A stretch of 62,239 nucleotides of DNA, filler included, from Jimgerdemannia flammicorona (Eukaryota): assembly GCA_003990765.1 (NCBI GenBank). It is 3 parts of 3 records of this genome, joined end to end, with 100 filler letters (N's around TTAATTAATTAA, not from the genome) between each part and the next. Parts side by side here need not be neighbours in the genome. Positions count along the whole stretch, not along the records: positions 1 to 20,681 come from RBNJ01001614.1; positions 20,782 to 41,461 come from RBNJ01001615.1; 1 more part is not named here. One strand, 5' to 3'. The position numbers were made by a program, and so were the translations under genes. This document shows positions 13,105-25,769 of the stretch, in pieces (the stretch's first letter is position 1; each line of letters opens with the position of its first letter). The notes beneath the pieces were generated by a model, which worked only from the letters and a program-made list of their open reading frames with translations, was not told the origin of the DNA and did no database searches.

Positions 13105-14924
13105 GCTGACTAGGGAAGGAGGTTCAGAAAGTGTTTAGGAGAGCTATACTTAAGTAATCACGTTCCGTTTAAAGTGTCCTGACACAATCGGAGAAGAGGC
13201 GTGCGTGGCTTAGCGGTTGAGAAAGAAATTATAAAACATCCCATTACCGTCGGCTTTAGCGTTTCTCATATTAAGCATTCGGTAACAATTTCACATCTTA
13301 GGCTGGCTGAATTTCTCACTACTTCTGTGACCTCAAACCCTTCCGTTGGACGGAGACCGCATGTATGTACTTGCAAAACTTGCGCTTTAACCAAAATCCA
13401 GGCCAATATAACATCCTGTGGGATGGCTTTTTCCCATTGACACCATACTTTGGACCACGCCGTCTTGTTTGTGTCAGATGTTCCATCTGGTCGACCAATA
13501 ATGAACTAACGTATGACTTTGACTAGCTGGTCTGCTAATTACATACCACAATTTCAGTCATCGGAAATTCGTTCGGGTCTCCAGGTGTTTATGGCCACAT
13601 CGAGTACACTGAAGCCTCCGAATTTGGCAGGTAATTGCCGGCGTTCCCTCTCCGTGGACATGCAGGGTTGGTACGAGAGGACGGGTTTTGTGAAGATCTC
13701 CCTCCCGGTAGGCTGCTGGAGCCCTGACCAAGCGAAGCGACCTTCCATAAATGATCTTTTAGATCTGTTGATCGAGTGTAAAAACGATCTCCGGAGCAGT
13801 CGAAATGCGGGCCTGTATCATGGAGAGACGAGAGCATTGGGGATACTAGTCAGGAGACAGCTTTTCATTTGCCGTCTGCAAAAGCTTAGCCACCTCCAGT
13901 AAATTCTACGAATTTGAGCACCTGAAGAGAATGGCACACAGATGGGAGGATGAGATCAACGAAGAGGCAGAGACCGAGTCCAACGACGTGAAGATCCCAT
14001 GTTATTTCTGATGATTCGGAAGAGGGAATAAAAATAATGAAAAAGGAGTAGAGGGGCGAGCGTTTAGGGCAGCAACGTGTAAATTCCATGTTGTCGCCAA
14101 GAATTGAAAGCACATTTAAAATAGTCAACAGGTGGTGAGAGTAATCTAATTAGCAGTAATATTTAATCACAATGCAACGGGTGTACATTATGCCTGACCC
14201 TTGTTGCAAGAGCACATCATCTACGTCATGTTTCACCATTGCATGAAATTAAATCACACCTGTATATAATTACTTACATCATGTGGCATCTAGTCGTATG
14301 AACGTGTGGGCCCATGGCTATCACTACTCCTTGCCTTATTCTTCGCAAACACCAAAGTGTCGTGTCAGCCGAGGTGCCGAGGTGTATATACATCTTATAC
14401 ATCCCGAGAAACCGGCGCCAACAGACGCAACCGATGCCAATAGCTGCAACATACGCCAATACGCCAACAGATGAAACCAACGCAATAGGTGTAACCGAAG
14501 ACGTCATCAATTTTTTTTTTTTGCTCACTTATATACCGCCCTCTGCGTTCGCCTATCTCTCGAAAGTTCAAGACCCCAGTAACTTACATATCCATGTACT
14601 CCAGTAACATGTCATGTGTTGTTATTTACACGCGTAAATACCGCTCCCATATCTCAGCAATGGCTAACCGACTCGGTCGACAAGCGTTGGGATATGGTTT
14701 CTTACGGATAGTAAGTTAAAATCTAGGCGGGTTTACTCGTGGTATGAGGCTTGACAAGTGGATTTTTTCTTATTTTAAGAGTTAAGTTTTGACAGTTAAG
14801 TAAAGTTTTTATTTCTGGTAAAGTCTTCGATTTCTGTTTGTTTTCAACTCGTATTCTTATTCAGAACGCATATACTGACTTAACTATGACTGGCGCGTAG
14901 CGCGTGGCGCGAGTGGCCACGCCC

Positions 14925-14985
14925 GCCGGTCTTGGTTGCTTCGTATAGCCAACTGATGAGCCCCTTGAGCAAGGGCGAAACCGGT
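14925..14985 (+). ncRNA. Type III hammerhead ribozyme
   Basis: GCCGGU-C (cleavage after 14931); stem I UUGGUUG/UAGCCAA with a 7-nt loop; CUGAUGA at 14953-14959; stem II GCCCCUU-GAGC-AAGGGC; GAAA at 14977-14980; ACCGGU closes stem III. Confidence 0.9.
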
Positions 14986-16227
14986 CTACTCCATAGCCTT
15001 TTATCTGTAATAACATAGCTATAGATGTTACCAAATAAATAAAATAATAAAAACAACACCAAAAAAGTGAAAAGGGAGACACGTCTCGAGATTGTTTACG
15101 TCGCGTTTATAAGCGCTTACGAAATGACTGTCACCCTGAACGCGAAGGGATATCACGCGACTCGTCAGCATGACCGTTCACGGTCCTAATCTCAAACCCG
15201 CCACACCCATGCCGCTGCATACACACACGCCCACACGGCATCTCAACCACGGACACAGGCCTGAATGCGCAACCAGCTTGGCTCCGATTTGATTTCGTAC
15301 CCGCCCATCCTTCTTACAGACATGTTCCTCGCTCACCGTCAAACCCGCAGACCGGCCCTATGCAGGGATCAATATACGCCATGACCGCGGGCAGTACTTG
15401 GCGACCAAGAAGCGCGTGCTGTGCTACGAGTTCGAGCGGAGCTCCAGGCAAGACCACCATATCATTTTGGCATGGTGACGAAAATGGCTACAAGTTCGCG
15501 ACAACTACAATGTCTCACTCGTTCCTAACATATATGCATGTCTTCGGCTTCAACGGCAAACGTCATCTCTCGCGAACTACTCATTTTCCGGAACCCAATG
15601 GTCAGCAAGAACCCCGAAGAAGGCGTTCGAGGAGCGGGCGAGAGTGCTGCGGGCGCTTGTGGAGGAGAAAAAGGCGGCATGTTGAAAGGTGGTGCGATAG
15701 CGATGGGGGACATGTAGGCAATCGATGGGTAACATGCAGGAAGTCGCTGGGGGACATGCGGTACGTGCGGAACATGGTGGTGCCGCTAGACGGAGTTGTA
15801 CGCGTCTGACGGGGAGGTACATCAAAGTGGAGCGTTCGGCCAGGTGGGCGAAGAGGTTGGGGTTTGGGGTTTGGGGGTTGCCGAGATATGGAGTGGCATG
15901 CATAAGTAGGGAAGTGGTTTTTATACTGATATACGTAGTAATGGACAACACAATAATATTGGCGAGAATTCAGTTGCGACGAATCAAAAATAATACAGCG
16001 AATAACCCAATAATTACAATAGTCAAACGTTTGAGTTTAGTGATCTTAATTCGCCGGTATAATAAAAGGAGCCCTTTCTCTCGCCTCGCATCCTACAAGA
16101 ACCTAAACACGGAATCGGTCCCCTCTCGCCTTGAACTTCGCATACGACCTACATAGTCCCCACAGCACGATCGATCCCACGACCTAAACTACAAGGTACA
16201 GTAACCCCAAGGTCGACTCTCCCGTCG

Positions 16228-17987
16228 TTAACCACGCCAGATCACATTCGCGGCCCCAGCATACAGATACATATGTAGGATATAGTGGACCGTGCGTAAT
16301 CGAGCAAGGACCCTCCGTGACAAATTTGTAAAAGCAATTTGCGGACCCCGTTGGGATGACGTAGAACGCTGTGAAGAGAAGGTGGTTGACAGCAAGGTAG
16401 AGGGCTGGGTAGGCGATGTCCGGAACGTACTTGACGGCGTTGAAGAAAGTCTGGGGAGAGGCGAGGTAGGGATTATTGAAAGGCGTGCTTGGGAGAGCTG
16501 GCTGGAGGAGGAAGAGGGAGAGGAGGATGGAGAGGTGCTGATGGTGTTGGTGTGGTGGTTAATGCGTGGAAAATGGATAGGCCAGTTAACCAGGCGATTC
16601 ATACTGAAATATCGAGGTCAAAACACACTATCTCTGGCCCTATTGTTACGCTTGTTCTTGATCATGACGTACCCGAACGCGACGCCGTACAGCGTGACCC
16701 CAATCTAGTTCAAGGGCGGATATGTGGAGTAGAAGAAGCCCGATACCTACGATATGGGGACGCATACAAGTCAGACATCGGGTCACACCACATAAAAACA
16801 CAGGCACAGGCAAGCACCCCCTTAATCACTCCTCCTCCCCCTCCCCCCCTCCAAAAAAAAAAAAAAAAAAAAAAACCCCACCAGGCAAATACAGCAAATA
16901 CCATCACAACCCGTACCTCTCCACGATTCCATTCTCAACCGGTTCCGGCAGGAGCACGACATTATTCACACAGAACGTGACCACAAGGACTAAAAATCCG
17001 AAAATGCGGATGCGAGCGGCGCGCGCCTCGGCCTCGACGATCCACGGAACACCGGTTTTATTGTGCGTGGTCAACGAGTGGACTGTGCGGGTATAGAGGT
17101 GGTTGGCCAGGAGAGAGGCGAGGGCGCCGAAAAGGAAGTTGATGCCTAGGACGAAGAGGACTATCGTGACGAAGTGGTGAGGAAAGAATAATTGTTAAGG
17201 AGTATGCCTTCGGCATGACCTGGAATTTGCGTGGGTCCAGGCGCTGTTTCTTTGTTCTTTTCGCGGTCTCCCGGACCCACAGCCGCACGAAAACATCAGA
17301 ATTCAAAACTCACACCAAATCACAATCGACTTTAACCACATATCTGGTTTCATGAGATGATTGGCCACGACCAGCAACGCGCCCTGACGAAGAATTGTCG
17401 CACGAGCCGGCCATCCGTCCATCCGAGCCCCTTACGCGAGCGGACAAAATGCACGATGCATATGCCAATCAGGAGGGCGAGGGCGAATCCTGAGTGTGGG
17501 AGTGTGAGAGATTCGAATTTTTGGGTATGTGATTGAGGCGTGTGAAGGAGGACGTACTGGGAGCGCAGGAATGTGTGACGAAGCGGAGGAGGAATAGAAC
17601 AATGGCCTGAGCTCGTGCCAAGTCTCGTGGGGACCGTACTGGGGAGGGGGGCGGTGTCAATTAAAATGGGGTACGGGGAAAGGCTTGGTGTAGCTCGGAG
17701 ACTATGAATGAAATTAAACGTATATACCCACTTGTCAAGGCGCGTCTTGGAATTTGATGAATACAGGACGATAAAGGTCAAGGTTCAACGCAGGGGGTGA
17801 GTGGGATGTTTTTGAATGGCAGGACTGGCGAAGATGGGGTGGTTACTTGGGTGCAGAAGAGTACTTCAAACGCTGTCGTTTGGTCGGTTGCGCCGCGGTG
17901 AATGTGGCGCAGTGGTGACATCACCATCATTTCTGACAAACAGTCGCAGCATTGTGCTTTCCGTGCTTGTGGCTCCAGCAGTTCCAC
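16228..17987 (-). pseudogene. Disrupted DUF1624/HGSNAT-like multi-pass membrane protein gene
   Basis: Fragments in order across frames and introns: LDLYR..FQ, LRFVTHSCAP, GFALALLIGICIVHFVRSRKGLGW, YPPLN*IGVTLYGVAFG (TAG at 16705-16707), FFNAVKYVPDIAY, HMYLY. Frameshifts present; boundaries approximate. Confidence 0.6.
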
Positions 17988-18327
17988 TCTATGTGTACGT
18001 TTGCAATGCTTAGTTTTGCAATGACCATTTTATAATTTTAAATGCTAATTATATAAAAGTCAAAATATCCCCTCATTCTTGGCGGGACCACCAACCTGTT
18101 CGCGGACAAAATTACCAATGTCCTGGGATGCTTGGGTATTGCCGTCGACCAGGAGCGACTCGAGCATCTGATCCCGGCTCTGACAGACAAAAAATCCATT
18201 GTGTGCTGGATTTGAATTTTACCGCGATCACGGATTGTTGAAATTGACATCTCGATAATGTGGCTTATAACTACGTCATCTTTGAGATACGCACTATCTG
18301 GAATAATAAACAATGCTCCCTCTTCAA

Positions 18328-18594
18328 GGTCCTTTCTCTGCTACCATACCAGTCACAAGGTTTTGGTAGACAACCTTCCAAGTCCCCTTTTCCCTACTTT
18401 TAGCCTCTCTACCTTAGGTTGGTTTGTTGTATCTGTAAGAATATAGTAGGAGAGAGGTAATAGTGATAAGTTGTCTCTTTATTGGTATCAGATCAGTGTT
18501 TTCTCTACTTTTTTGTAGTTTCTGATGTCTCTAGCTATATCTGAGGTGTATTCATTTTGGTGTAGTGTTTATTCCTTTTGCTATCATCAATAAG

Positions 18595-18636
<42 letters not shown>

Positions 18637-18638
18637 AG

Positions 18639-18670
<32 letters not shown>

Positions 18671-19667
18671 CACTTAGACTCATCCTTTATTACACCCATC
18701 TAATCTATATAAATACATTAAACCCAATCCCCCTAGGGGGGCCCCTCCCCCCTACCCCTTCTTGACAAAACACTACTCTATCAAATACAATTCCCACCCT
18801 TCCACCACTCTATTCATCAATAAGATATTATCATAGAGTATTATAGACTATATAGAGAGTTAGTCAGGTTTAAGTATTAAGTATTAGTATAGGGTCTCAG
18901 TATCTGTAGTGGGGTCCTCTGGGCTTTGGTGAGCTTCTTGGCAAGTACAGTACTGGTAGAGGTAACTATTTTTTCAGATAGAATTAAGATAGGAGAGGAG
19001 ATGACTATTATAGATAGATAGAAGAGTAATTATAATAGATTAGTTAAATACTAGGCTAGTGATAATTATTAAGACTGAAGTGGATACTGCATCAGTGAGG
19101 CCTTCTGATTGATAAGATAGTAGGTATCACTCTTTGCTACTTTTAGCAATATATGAGATTAGGCCCTAGTTATTAGAAATAGTCAGAGAGCCCAAGGCTA
19201 TCTAGATCAAATGTCTTGGCTATACTTAACTAAAATTAGAAGCTGATATAGCAATATAATCAAGGTCTGCAGACTTGAGTAATAGGGTATTAGAGATCTC
19301 TTTTTACATATCTTATATATAAGTTCTCTACTTATCTCATTAGGAAGAACTAGGTTCTATCTACTATTCTATACTTTGATAGAGATTTTTCTTTATCTAT
19401 CACTTCATTTGGAGTAGTGGAGACTATTTTATTTAGCTCAGACATGGTCTTATATATATATATATTAGAGTGTTGAATATATACTTTTAGTATTAGTATA
19501 TAATCACTTTCTCTCTAGTAGTAGAGAGAGCATAATATATAGAATAAGATATAGGCTAATATAAGCCCTGCTATATCTAATATAGTCAAGCTGCTAGATA
19601 ATACTTAATTTAGATTTAATAGAAGTATAGTACTCAGAGAGTAGTAGGAGAGATTTTTGATCTATAT
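18328..19667 (+). mobile_element. Poly(A) retroposon family copy 1 (most decayed), truncated by hAT insertion at 19668
   Basis: Colinear with 32917-34050 from the same 5' end (GGTCCTTTCTCTGCTAC) to TTTTGATCTATAT. Confidence 0.8.
18600..18813 (-). mobile_element. Short 5'-truncated poly(A) retroposon insertion
   Basis: ~65-nt poly(T) at the left end; 16-bp TSD TCATCAATAAG(G/A)TATT at 18584-18599 and 18814-18829; absent from the paralogous copies. Confidence 0.8.
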
Positions 19668-20106
19668 TAGTACTCTAAATAAGTTAATTTAATCTGGATT
19701 AGATTTGGATTGAATTCAGATTGAATCTCATCTAGATTAACTTGGATAGAAAATAGGCTAATCCAGATCAATTTAAATTGATCATTGTTTTGATTTCCAA
19801 ATTAGACAATTAAATATTTATATCAATAACTTAATAAATAATTATCCAATTTTGATAATTCTGATGTTATTTGAAAGTCCTTAATAAGTCCTTTCTAATG
19901 ATACCAAGACTATTAAAATCAGATTATATATTGCTGAGCTATTAAGAAAAATATTCTTTTGAAGAAATTTCCAAAATTGGTAAGTTGGATATTTTTCTTG
20001 ATAACTCAGCAATGTATAATCCAATTTTAATATTCTTGGTATCATTAGAAAAGTCTTATTAAGGGCTTTTAAATAACACCAAGATTATTAAAATTTAATG
20101 ATTATT
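19668..20106. mobile_element. hAT-like MITE left part with a long palindrome, interrupted by an LTR
   Basis: TAGTACTCTAAATAAGTTAATTTAATC resembles the TIR of the 6624-7079 MITE; inverted arms of ~118 bp at 19838-19956 and 19988-20106. Confidence 0.6.
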
Positions 20107-20326
20107 TGTAACAATTTCACAGTCATATTTAGTCTTAGTATATTTTTGCATCTTTTAGTTAGTCTTTTCTTGTTATTTCTTAAACATTCTACTATGTTCT
20201 GCTATCTTTTACTTGCTTAGAAACCTTCTCTTGATATCCAGATACTACTAAAACATTTTTGTCTTTCCTTGACACCAAGTATCTTATCTTAGCTAGTTAT
20301 AGAACCTTTTAAAACATTATAGAATA
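20107..20326 (+). mobile_element. Partial LTR of the dUTPase chromovirus family (same as 35046 and 40654)
   Basis: Starts TGTAACAATTTCACAGTCATATTTAGTC and aligns with the first 220 nt of the 464-bp LTR. Confidence 0.9.
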
Positions 20327-20681
20327 GTGTTTGCTGTGCCTGCATGGGCATGGTGGGAGAAGGACAATGGTGATGAGTTGCCCCTTTATCGGTGTCAGAT
20401 CGGTGTCTTCTTCACTTTTTCGCGGTTTCTGGTGTCTTCGGCTGCGTCTGGAGTGCATCCGTTTTGGTGCGGCACCTTCTTCCTTTTGCCGTCGTCAACA
20501 AGGTGCTGTCTCGGTGTGTCTCGGGCTACGTAGGGAGTCGGCCGACCTTGGGCGTCAAGTGCTCAGTGTAGGTTACCTGCAGGTCCTCGGTGCCTGTGGT
20601 GGGGCCCTCTGGCTTTGGCGAGCTTCCCGGCGAGCGCGGTTCTGGCGTAGGTGACTGCTTTTCGGGTGATGTCGGGATGGG
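20327..20681 (+). mobile_element. Poly(A) retroposon family copy 2 (young, CpG intact, 5'-truncated, runs into the gap)
   Basis: Aligns to ~33015-33368 and ~18422-18990 but retains CpGs. Confidence 0.85.
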
Positions 20682-20781
20682 NNNNNNNNNNNNNNNNNNN
20701 NNNNNNNNNNNNNNNNNNNNNNNNNTTAATTAATTAANNNNNNNNNNNNNNNNNNNNNNNNNNNNNNNNNNNNNNNNNNNN
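20682..20781. other. Artificial contig spacer
   Basis: 100 nt of N with a central TTAATTAATTAA. Confidence 0.95.
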
Positions 20782-21159
20782 TTTTGATATGCTAGTTTAG
20801 CGAATTCTTAAGGTTCTATTTGATAGCTACCAGTACCTCCCAACGCTTTTCTATGGGCTGGCGAGATGGCTTGTAAATCTTCTCGCATATTTATTTGACC
20901 AGCACATAACGAACACTGCGAGCCCCTGATTTAAACTATATACATACATGTCGTCAGACTGTCATACCTGCCCAAACGCTTTTTCCACTCGCTAGCTTAC
21001 ATGCATCCACGTTACTAGTCTACACACGTCCATGTCGCCAGCCCACACAATTACCACTCCGTAGAGGTACTAATCACTATACTATTCATATTAAAAAGGA
21101 GCTTGAGAATTCTCTAGACTAGCTATAAAGCGACAAGCGGTAATAATAGGGGCATCTCG

Positions 21160-21530
21160 ACCGCCTGCACGCATCTCACCCGCCCGCACGCATCTCGCAG
21201 CCCGCCAGCTCGCATACGCAATTCGTCAGCCTATACGCATCTCGCCCGCACACATCTCCCAGCCCGTACGTAATTATATCACCAACCCGCACACAACTCG
21301 CCGACCCGCAACTCGTCAAGCTACACACACATCGCCCGCCCAGCCTACACGCATCTCATACGCAATGCCAGCCTACAGGCACCTCGCACGCCCGCACTCC
21401 CGTACGTATATCACTAGCCAACCCGCACACATCTTGATAACCCGCACAAATATCGACAGCCCGCGCATCTCGCATCACCATCCATCTGGCCAGCCTACAC
21501 GCATCTGGCCAGCTCGCACGCATCTTGCCA
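21160..21530. repeat. Degenerate C-rich tandem repeat (CGCCCGCACGCATCT-like units)
   Basis: Recurring CGCATCT, GCCCGCAC and CAGCCTACAC motifs. Confidence 0.6.
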
Positions 21531-22461
21531 ACCATAAGGGGAGGAGTTAGCATAGCGACAGTTGAAACATTCGCCAACTGGTGGTTCTTTTCATATATCA
21601 CGCTATCATCCAAACGCACCTATACATGCCTCTTGTACGTACCTGTGATCGGAAGGCTCGGACGGAAACGTCCGTGTAAGACCGGTTTTAAAACATATGA
21701 ACACGTGCCTTCTTGTCAGTGTCGGAGAAATGGAGGAGAGTCTTGCGAAGGTCACTTTGGCCTATGAATGCAAAAGAGTGCATATTACGCTGAATGTGGA
21801 CTAGTAAAGCGAATGTGGATACTTTTTTTTGCTTTTTTCAATAAAAGGGCAGGAAGGCTCCATTTCCACAAAAATCCTACCCAATAAATAGGACTATCGT
21901 GTGGCTTATAAAAGTTATATGAGATTAGGTTTCAATGGAACTTTGTTCTAGCATTAAAAAAAAAAACTCCCTTGCGTATGTGTATAACTAGCGCAACGCC
22001 ACGCGTGAAAGTGAAGTCGGATTTGGCACTGACCTGCATAATTTTTAACTGGCTCAGAATTATTCTCTATTGCATATAAGCAAGGAAAAGAGACGGAGGC
22101 CGATTTCCTGCTACCTCCCTAGTTTAACCTCCTAGTAATTGTTTCTCTCTCTCAAGGTCATCTTTTTACGTCGTATAAAGAGATAACTGTTAAATTTAAC
22201 AATTATAGAGATAAATGCAATAGAGAGGAGAAGAATCTATAGCAATCATGTCATGTCTATGCAAGTATGTATGTCTAAGAAAATAGTTTAACATAAGTAA
22301 CGAACAGCCTACCCATTTCTGCACCTTTTGCTGTAAAGCATTATCACAAAGCTCATGTGCTTCAAAAATGACAAAATCTCCGATGCATGATCACATTCCC
22401 ACACATCATAAGCTAGTGAAATTCCCCCCTTTCCTTCCATTGCCCATCGTCTCTTGACTTA

Positions 22462-24177
22462 ATGTATCAGGCACTCGTTATCTCTTCCTTGGTCGGTGTT
22501 GTCTTTCTACAAAGCATGACCGATGGGAACTATAATCTGACTTGGTTATTTCTCGGCTTCATGCTTTCGCAAATCTGTTGGTCGCCGTCCTCAACTCAGC
22601 GGGTAACCTCATCACCTTACATAACCTCGCCAAGCACCCCCAACACGACGCACGCTGACGTTCAAGCTACCATCCAGACCCCGCCTAGCATCCAGACCCC
22701 ACCTAGCAACCAAACCCCGCCTAGCGCCCCTAACATGGCGCAAGCTAGCATCCAGACCCTGGCAGATGAGCTTGTGAAAAGGGTATTATATTTTCGTTCG
22801 GGTATATCACTTGCGCGCTTTCGCTCTGAGCTCTTGAACATCCCCTAAAACTCTTTTTGTCCTTCATCGGACTATCCTCTGGATAGCTTGCAGCCGCCCA
22901 GGATGATATCGCGAGTGCCAAGAATATGACAGAAACACTTTTAAACCAGGTTGGTACAGTACAAAACTCCGCCAACAAAACGCGGGCCACAGACTTTGCG
23001 CCTTCTCCTCAGAAAAAAAAAAATAAAAAAAAAATAAAAATAAAAATAAAAATAAAAAAAACAGCGATGTAATCGTATCAGTTGCTATACTGTGCCGTGT
23101 GGATCGGCATAATAGTTGACCGCGATATTGATTTTGTAGAGCTCCGCTCTCAAAAACCCAGACCCTCTGACTTAACAGCTTCCATCATATTCTTATTTCA
23201 AGTGTAACAATTCTCTCAAAAGCACATCAAACGAAGATGAATTGAAAAAGAAGTTGGAACATTTACAGAACGCGGTAATACGAAATGTTTAAGGACTCCT
23301 AAGCTACTTTGTTGTACGGTGTCTCATTCAAAATCTATTTCATTTTATTTATTTATTTCAAGTACAACAAGGCCCTTCAGAAAGTGAAACACGAAGAAGA
23401 ACTGGGGCGAATCCAGAGGGAGAAAGAAATACGGCTCAAGCAGCTTCTCGAACAGCTTCAGAAGGAGAAATCCGCTAACGAGAGAAACTTCTTAGAGAAC
23501 CTAGAGTCGGTGAAGATTGAAAACGTCACGTGGTGGGCAAAGGTTCAAGAGAAAGTGGAGCATCTTCAGAAAGAGGTAAGATAATGGCCTTCCAAAGGAG
23601 CGAAGTTATTGTATAGTTCCTATTCATTGATATGCTATCCTTTAAACTTCAAGTCTGCCCAAGTCTCCCAAGACAAAGAGAAGGAGATAAAAGCTGCACA
23701 GACTTTGCGTAACCAAGTAAGATGACAATCAAGACATGTTGGGAGTTTGCGTTTAGTTCTTTTTTAAGGGGTGTAGCGGTTTCCAAAAACTTACGTAGCT
23801 TTACTATGCAGCTTACCGAAGCCCAAAAATTACAAAACGAATACAAGACGATAATAAGCCAGCTGGAAGCAAATGTTGGTCCCGTGTCACTTCACTGAAA
23901 TTTCTAATTTGTTAAGCAAATCCTCGACCTACAATCTACATGCCCCTATCTCTTTTTCCAGTTGGCCGGAGCCAAACGCCAGTACCAGAATCTTCACGAT
24001 AAAGTAACACGACAACTTCAAATTTATTACGTTGCTCGTAACAAAATACGAATTCGATCTCTGATTCGACCTTCTTCAAAATCAAATGTAGCTTATAAAA
24101 GCACAATATCTTGGCCGTGAGGATCAATGCCGCATTGAAGAATTAAACAAGAGCGTGAGTTTGGAATTGAACTCAAT

Positions 24178-24210
<33 letters not shown>

Positions 24211-25769
24211 CAAAAGAATGAGCGGATTTGTCTTCGTTGGCATATCGCTTCCCACTCGACCAACTCAAACGGCAAAATGCATTCCATTTTACCACATAGC
24301 TGAACGACGTCAAAGCCAAAAATGACGACACCATAAAACTAGCGAAAGAAGAAATACAAGCCCTTAAATCGTTAGAATCACAACTACTTGCCAAGGTTAG
24401 TTCGAGCAGATTTCCTCCGTTTCGCTTCGGTGTGCAATCCCTCGATGGCATCGCCTTGACGTATTGAGCCACGGAACAAAACACCAGGACAAGGGAGCGA
24501 AAGAAGAAATCGAGAGGCTAAAAGAAGAGCTACAGAAGTCGAAGGTTTGTTCGATGTTAAAATGTGAAGAGTACAGAGTATTATTTAAGAATTGTGCTTT
24601 GCGTGAATATATAATATAATAATCCTCTCCCTCTCTCGGTTTTTTTTTTTTTTTTTTTTTTTTTTTTGTGCAATAGATTCTTTTGACCGAAGCCCGTTTG
24701 GAAAAGGTATATAATTAGCATTTCATTGTGGTTCAGGCGTGGTAGGCCGACAATGACACTTTCCGGCTGACAAATTGTAACCCTCATCTGGTATGTTAAT
24801 TTTTGCAGCTTAACAGGCTAAAGGAGGACGGTAATGCTGCATACAAGGCTGGAAAGCTTCAAATAGCATGTGGACACTGGACGGCGGCACTGGAAATCGA
24901 CCAGGAGAACGCGGACATAAATGCAAAATTGTATTCGAATAGGGCAGCAGTGTTTACTAAGGTAAGATTTTATGTTGGTGCTTTTTTTTTCCCGTGAAAC
25001 GGTATTTTGGAGATGATAGAGATGTTGTGATGGGAATGACCAACGCGACGCTTTTAAAAACTAAGCTTGGTAAATACGCGGAGGCAATGAAAGATTGTGA
25101 CGCAGCCATCAAGCTGGACACAAAATTTGCAAAGGTATACGCTCGACGGGCGCAATGTCACACTCATATGCTCAACTTTGAGGATGCCATACGAGACTTA
25201 AAGCGGGCGACAGATCTCGACAAAAGTCAAGGTGCGAAATAAATTTCATAATCAACTTTCGCACCACGGCGTTTTTTTGCTAAAATTCACCTGGCTCGTT
25301 TTTTTTTTTTTTTAAAAAAAAAAAAAAACAACAAAAAAAAGAATTCAAAAAACAACTCGATGAAGCTCAGCAGAAGTTTGTAGAATCTCTAGAAAAAGAC
25401 CCTTACGAAATCCTGGGCCTTAAATGCCATTGCACCGACGGCGAAATACGGAATGCGTACCGCCGGCTTGCACTGCAACACCACCCTGACAAGAATGGCG
25501 GTGACATTGTGGCGGAGATACGCTTCAAGTGGATCGCCGAGGCCTACACGATGCTGAATAAGGCCGAAAATCGACGTGCATTCGCTGTGGTTCCTGAATG
25601 GTTTCGCCAACAATGGGACCGGTCCGATTGCGAACAGTTCAGGTCCGAGTCCGATGTCGATGCCAGGAGAAATTGGGAAGGCACCAATGAAAATAGTGCC
25701 GGTACCCAGAGCAATCCTACGAACGAGGGATCGAAAAAGAAGAAGAAGAAGAAGAAGGGAGGGAGATGA
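22462..25769 (+). CDS. Multi-exon J-domain co-chaperone: N-terminal hydrophobic segments, coiled coil, 3 TPR, J domain (DNAJC7-like C-terminal half)
   Basis: About 14 exons with GT-AG introns. TPR exons LKEDGNAAYKAG..LYSNRAAVFTK and LGKYAEAMKDCDAAIKLD..YARRAQC; J domain DPYEILGL..AYRRLALQHHPDKNGG (HPD 25482-25490)..FKWIAEAYTML; stop at 25769. Confidence 0.75.

Noticed and set aside
15300..15900. GC-rich coding-like stretch with overlapping ORFs
   Set aside because: Probably a pseudogene fragment, but no family could be recognised and all frames are interrupted.
20682..20781. TTAATTAATTAA palindrome within N-runs (also 41462-41561)
   Set aside because: Identical 100-nt artificial spacer with stops in all frames; not biological.
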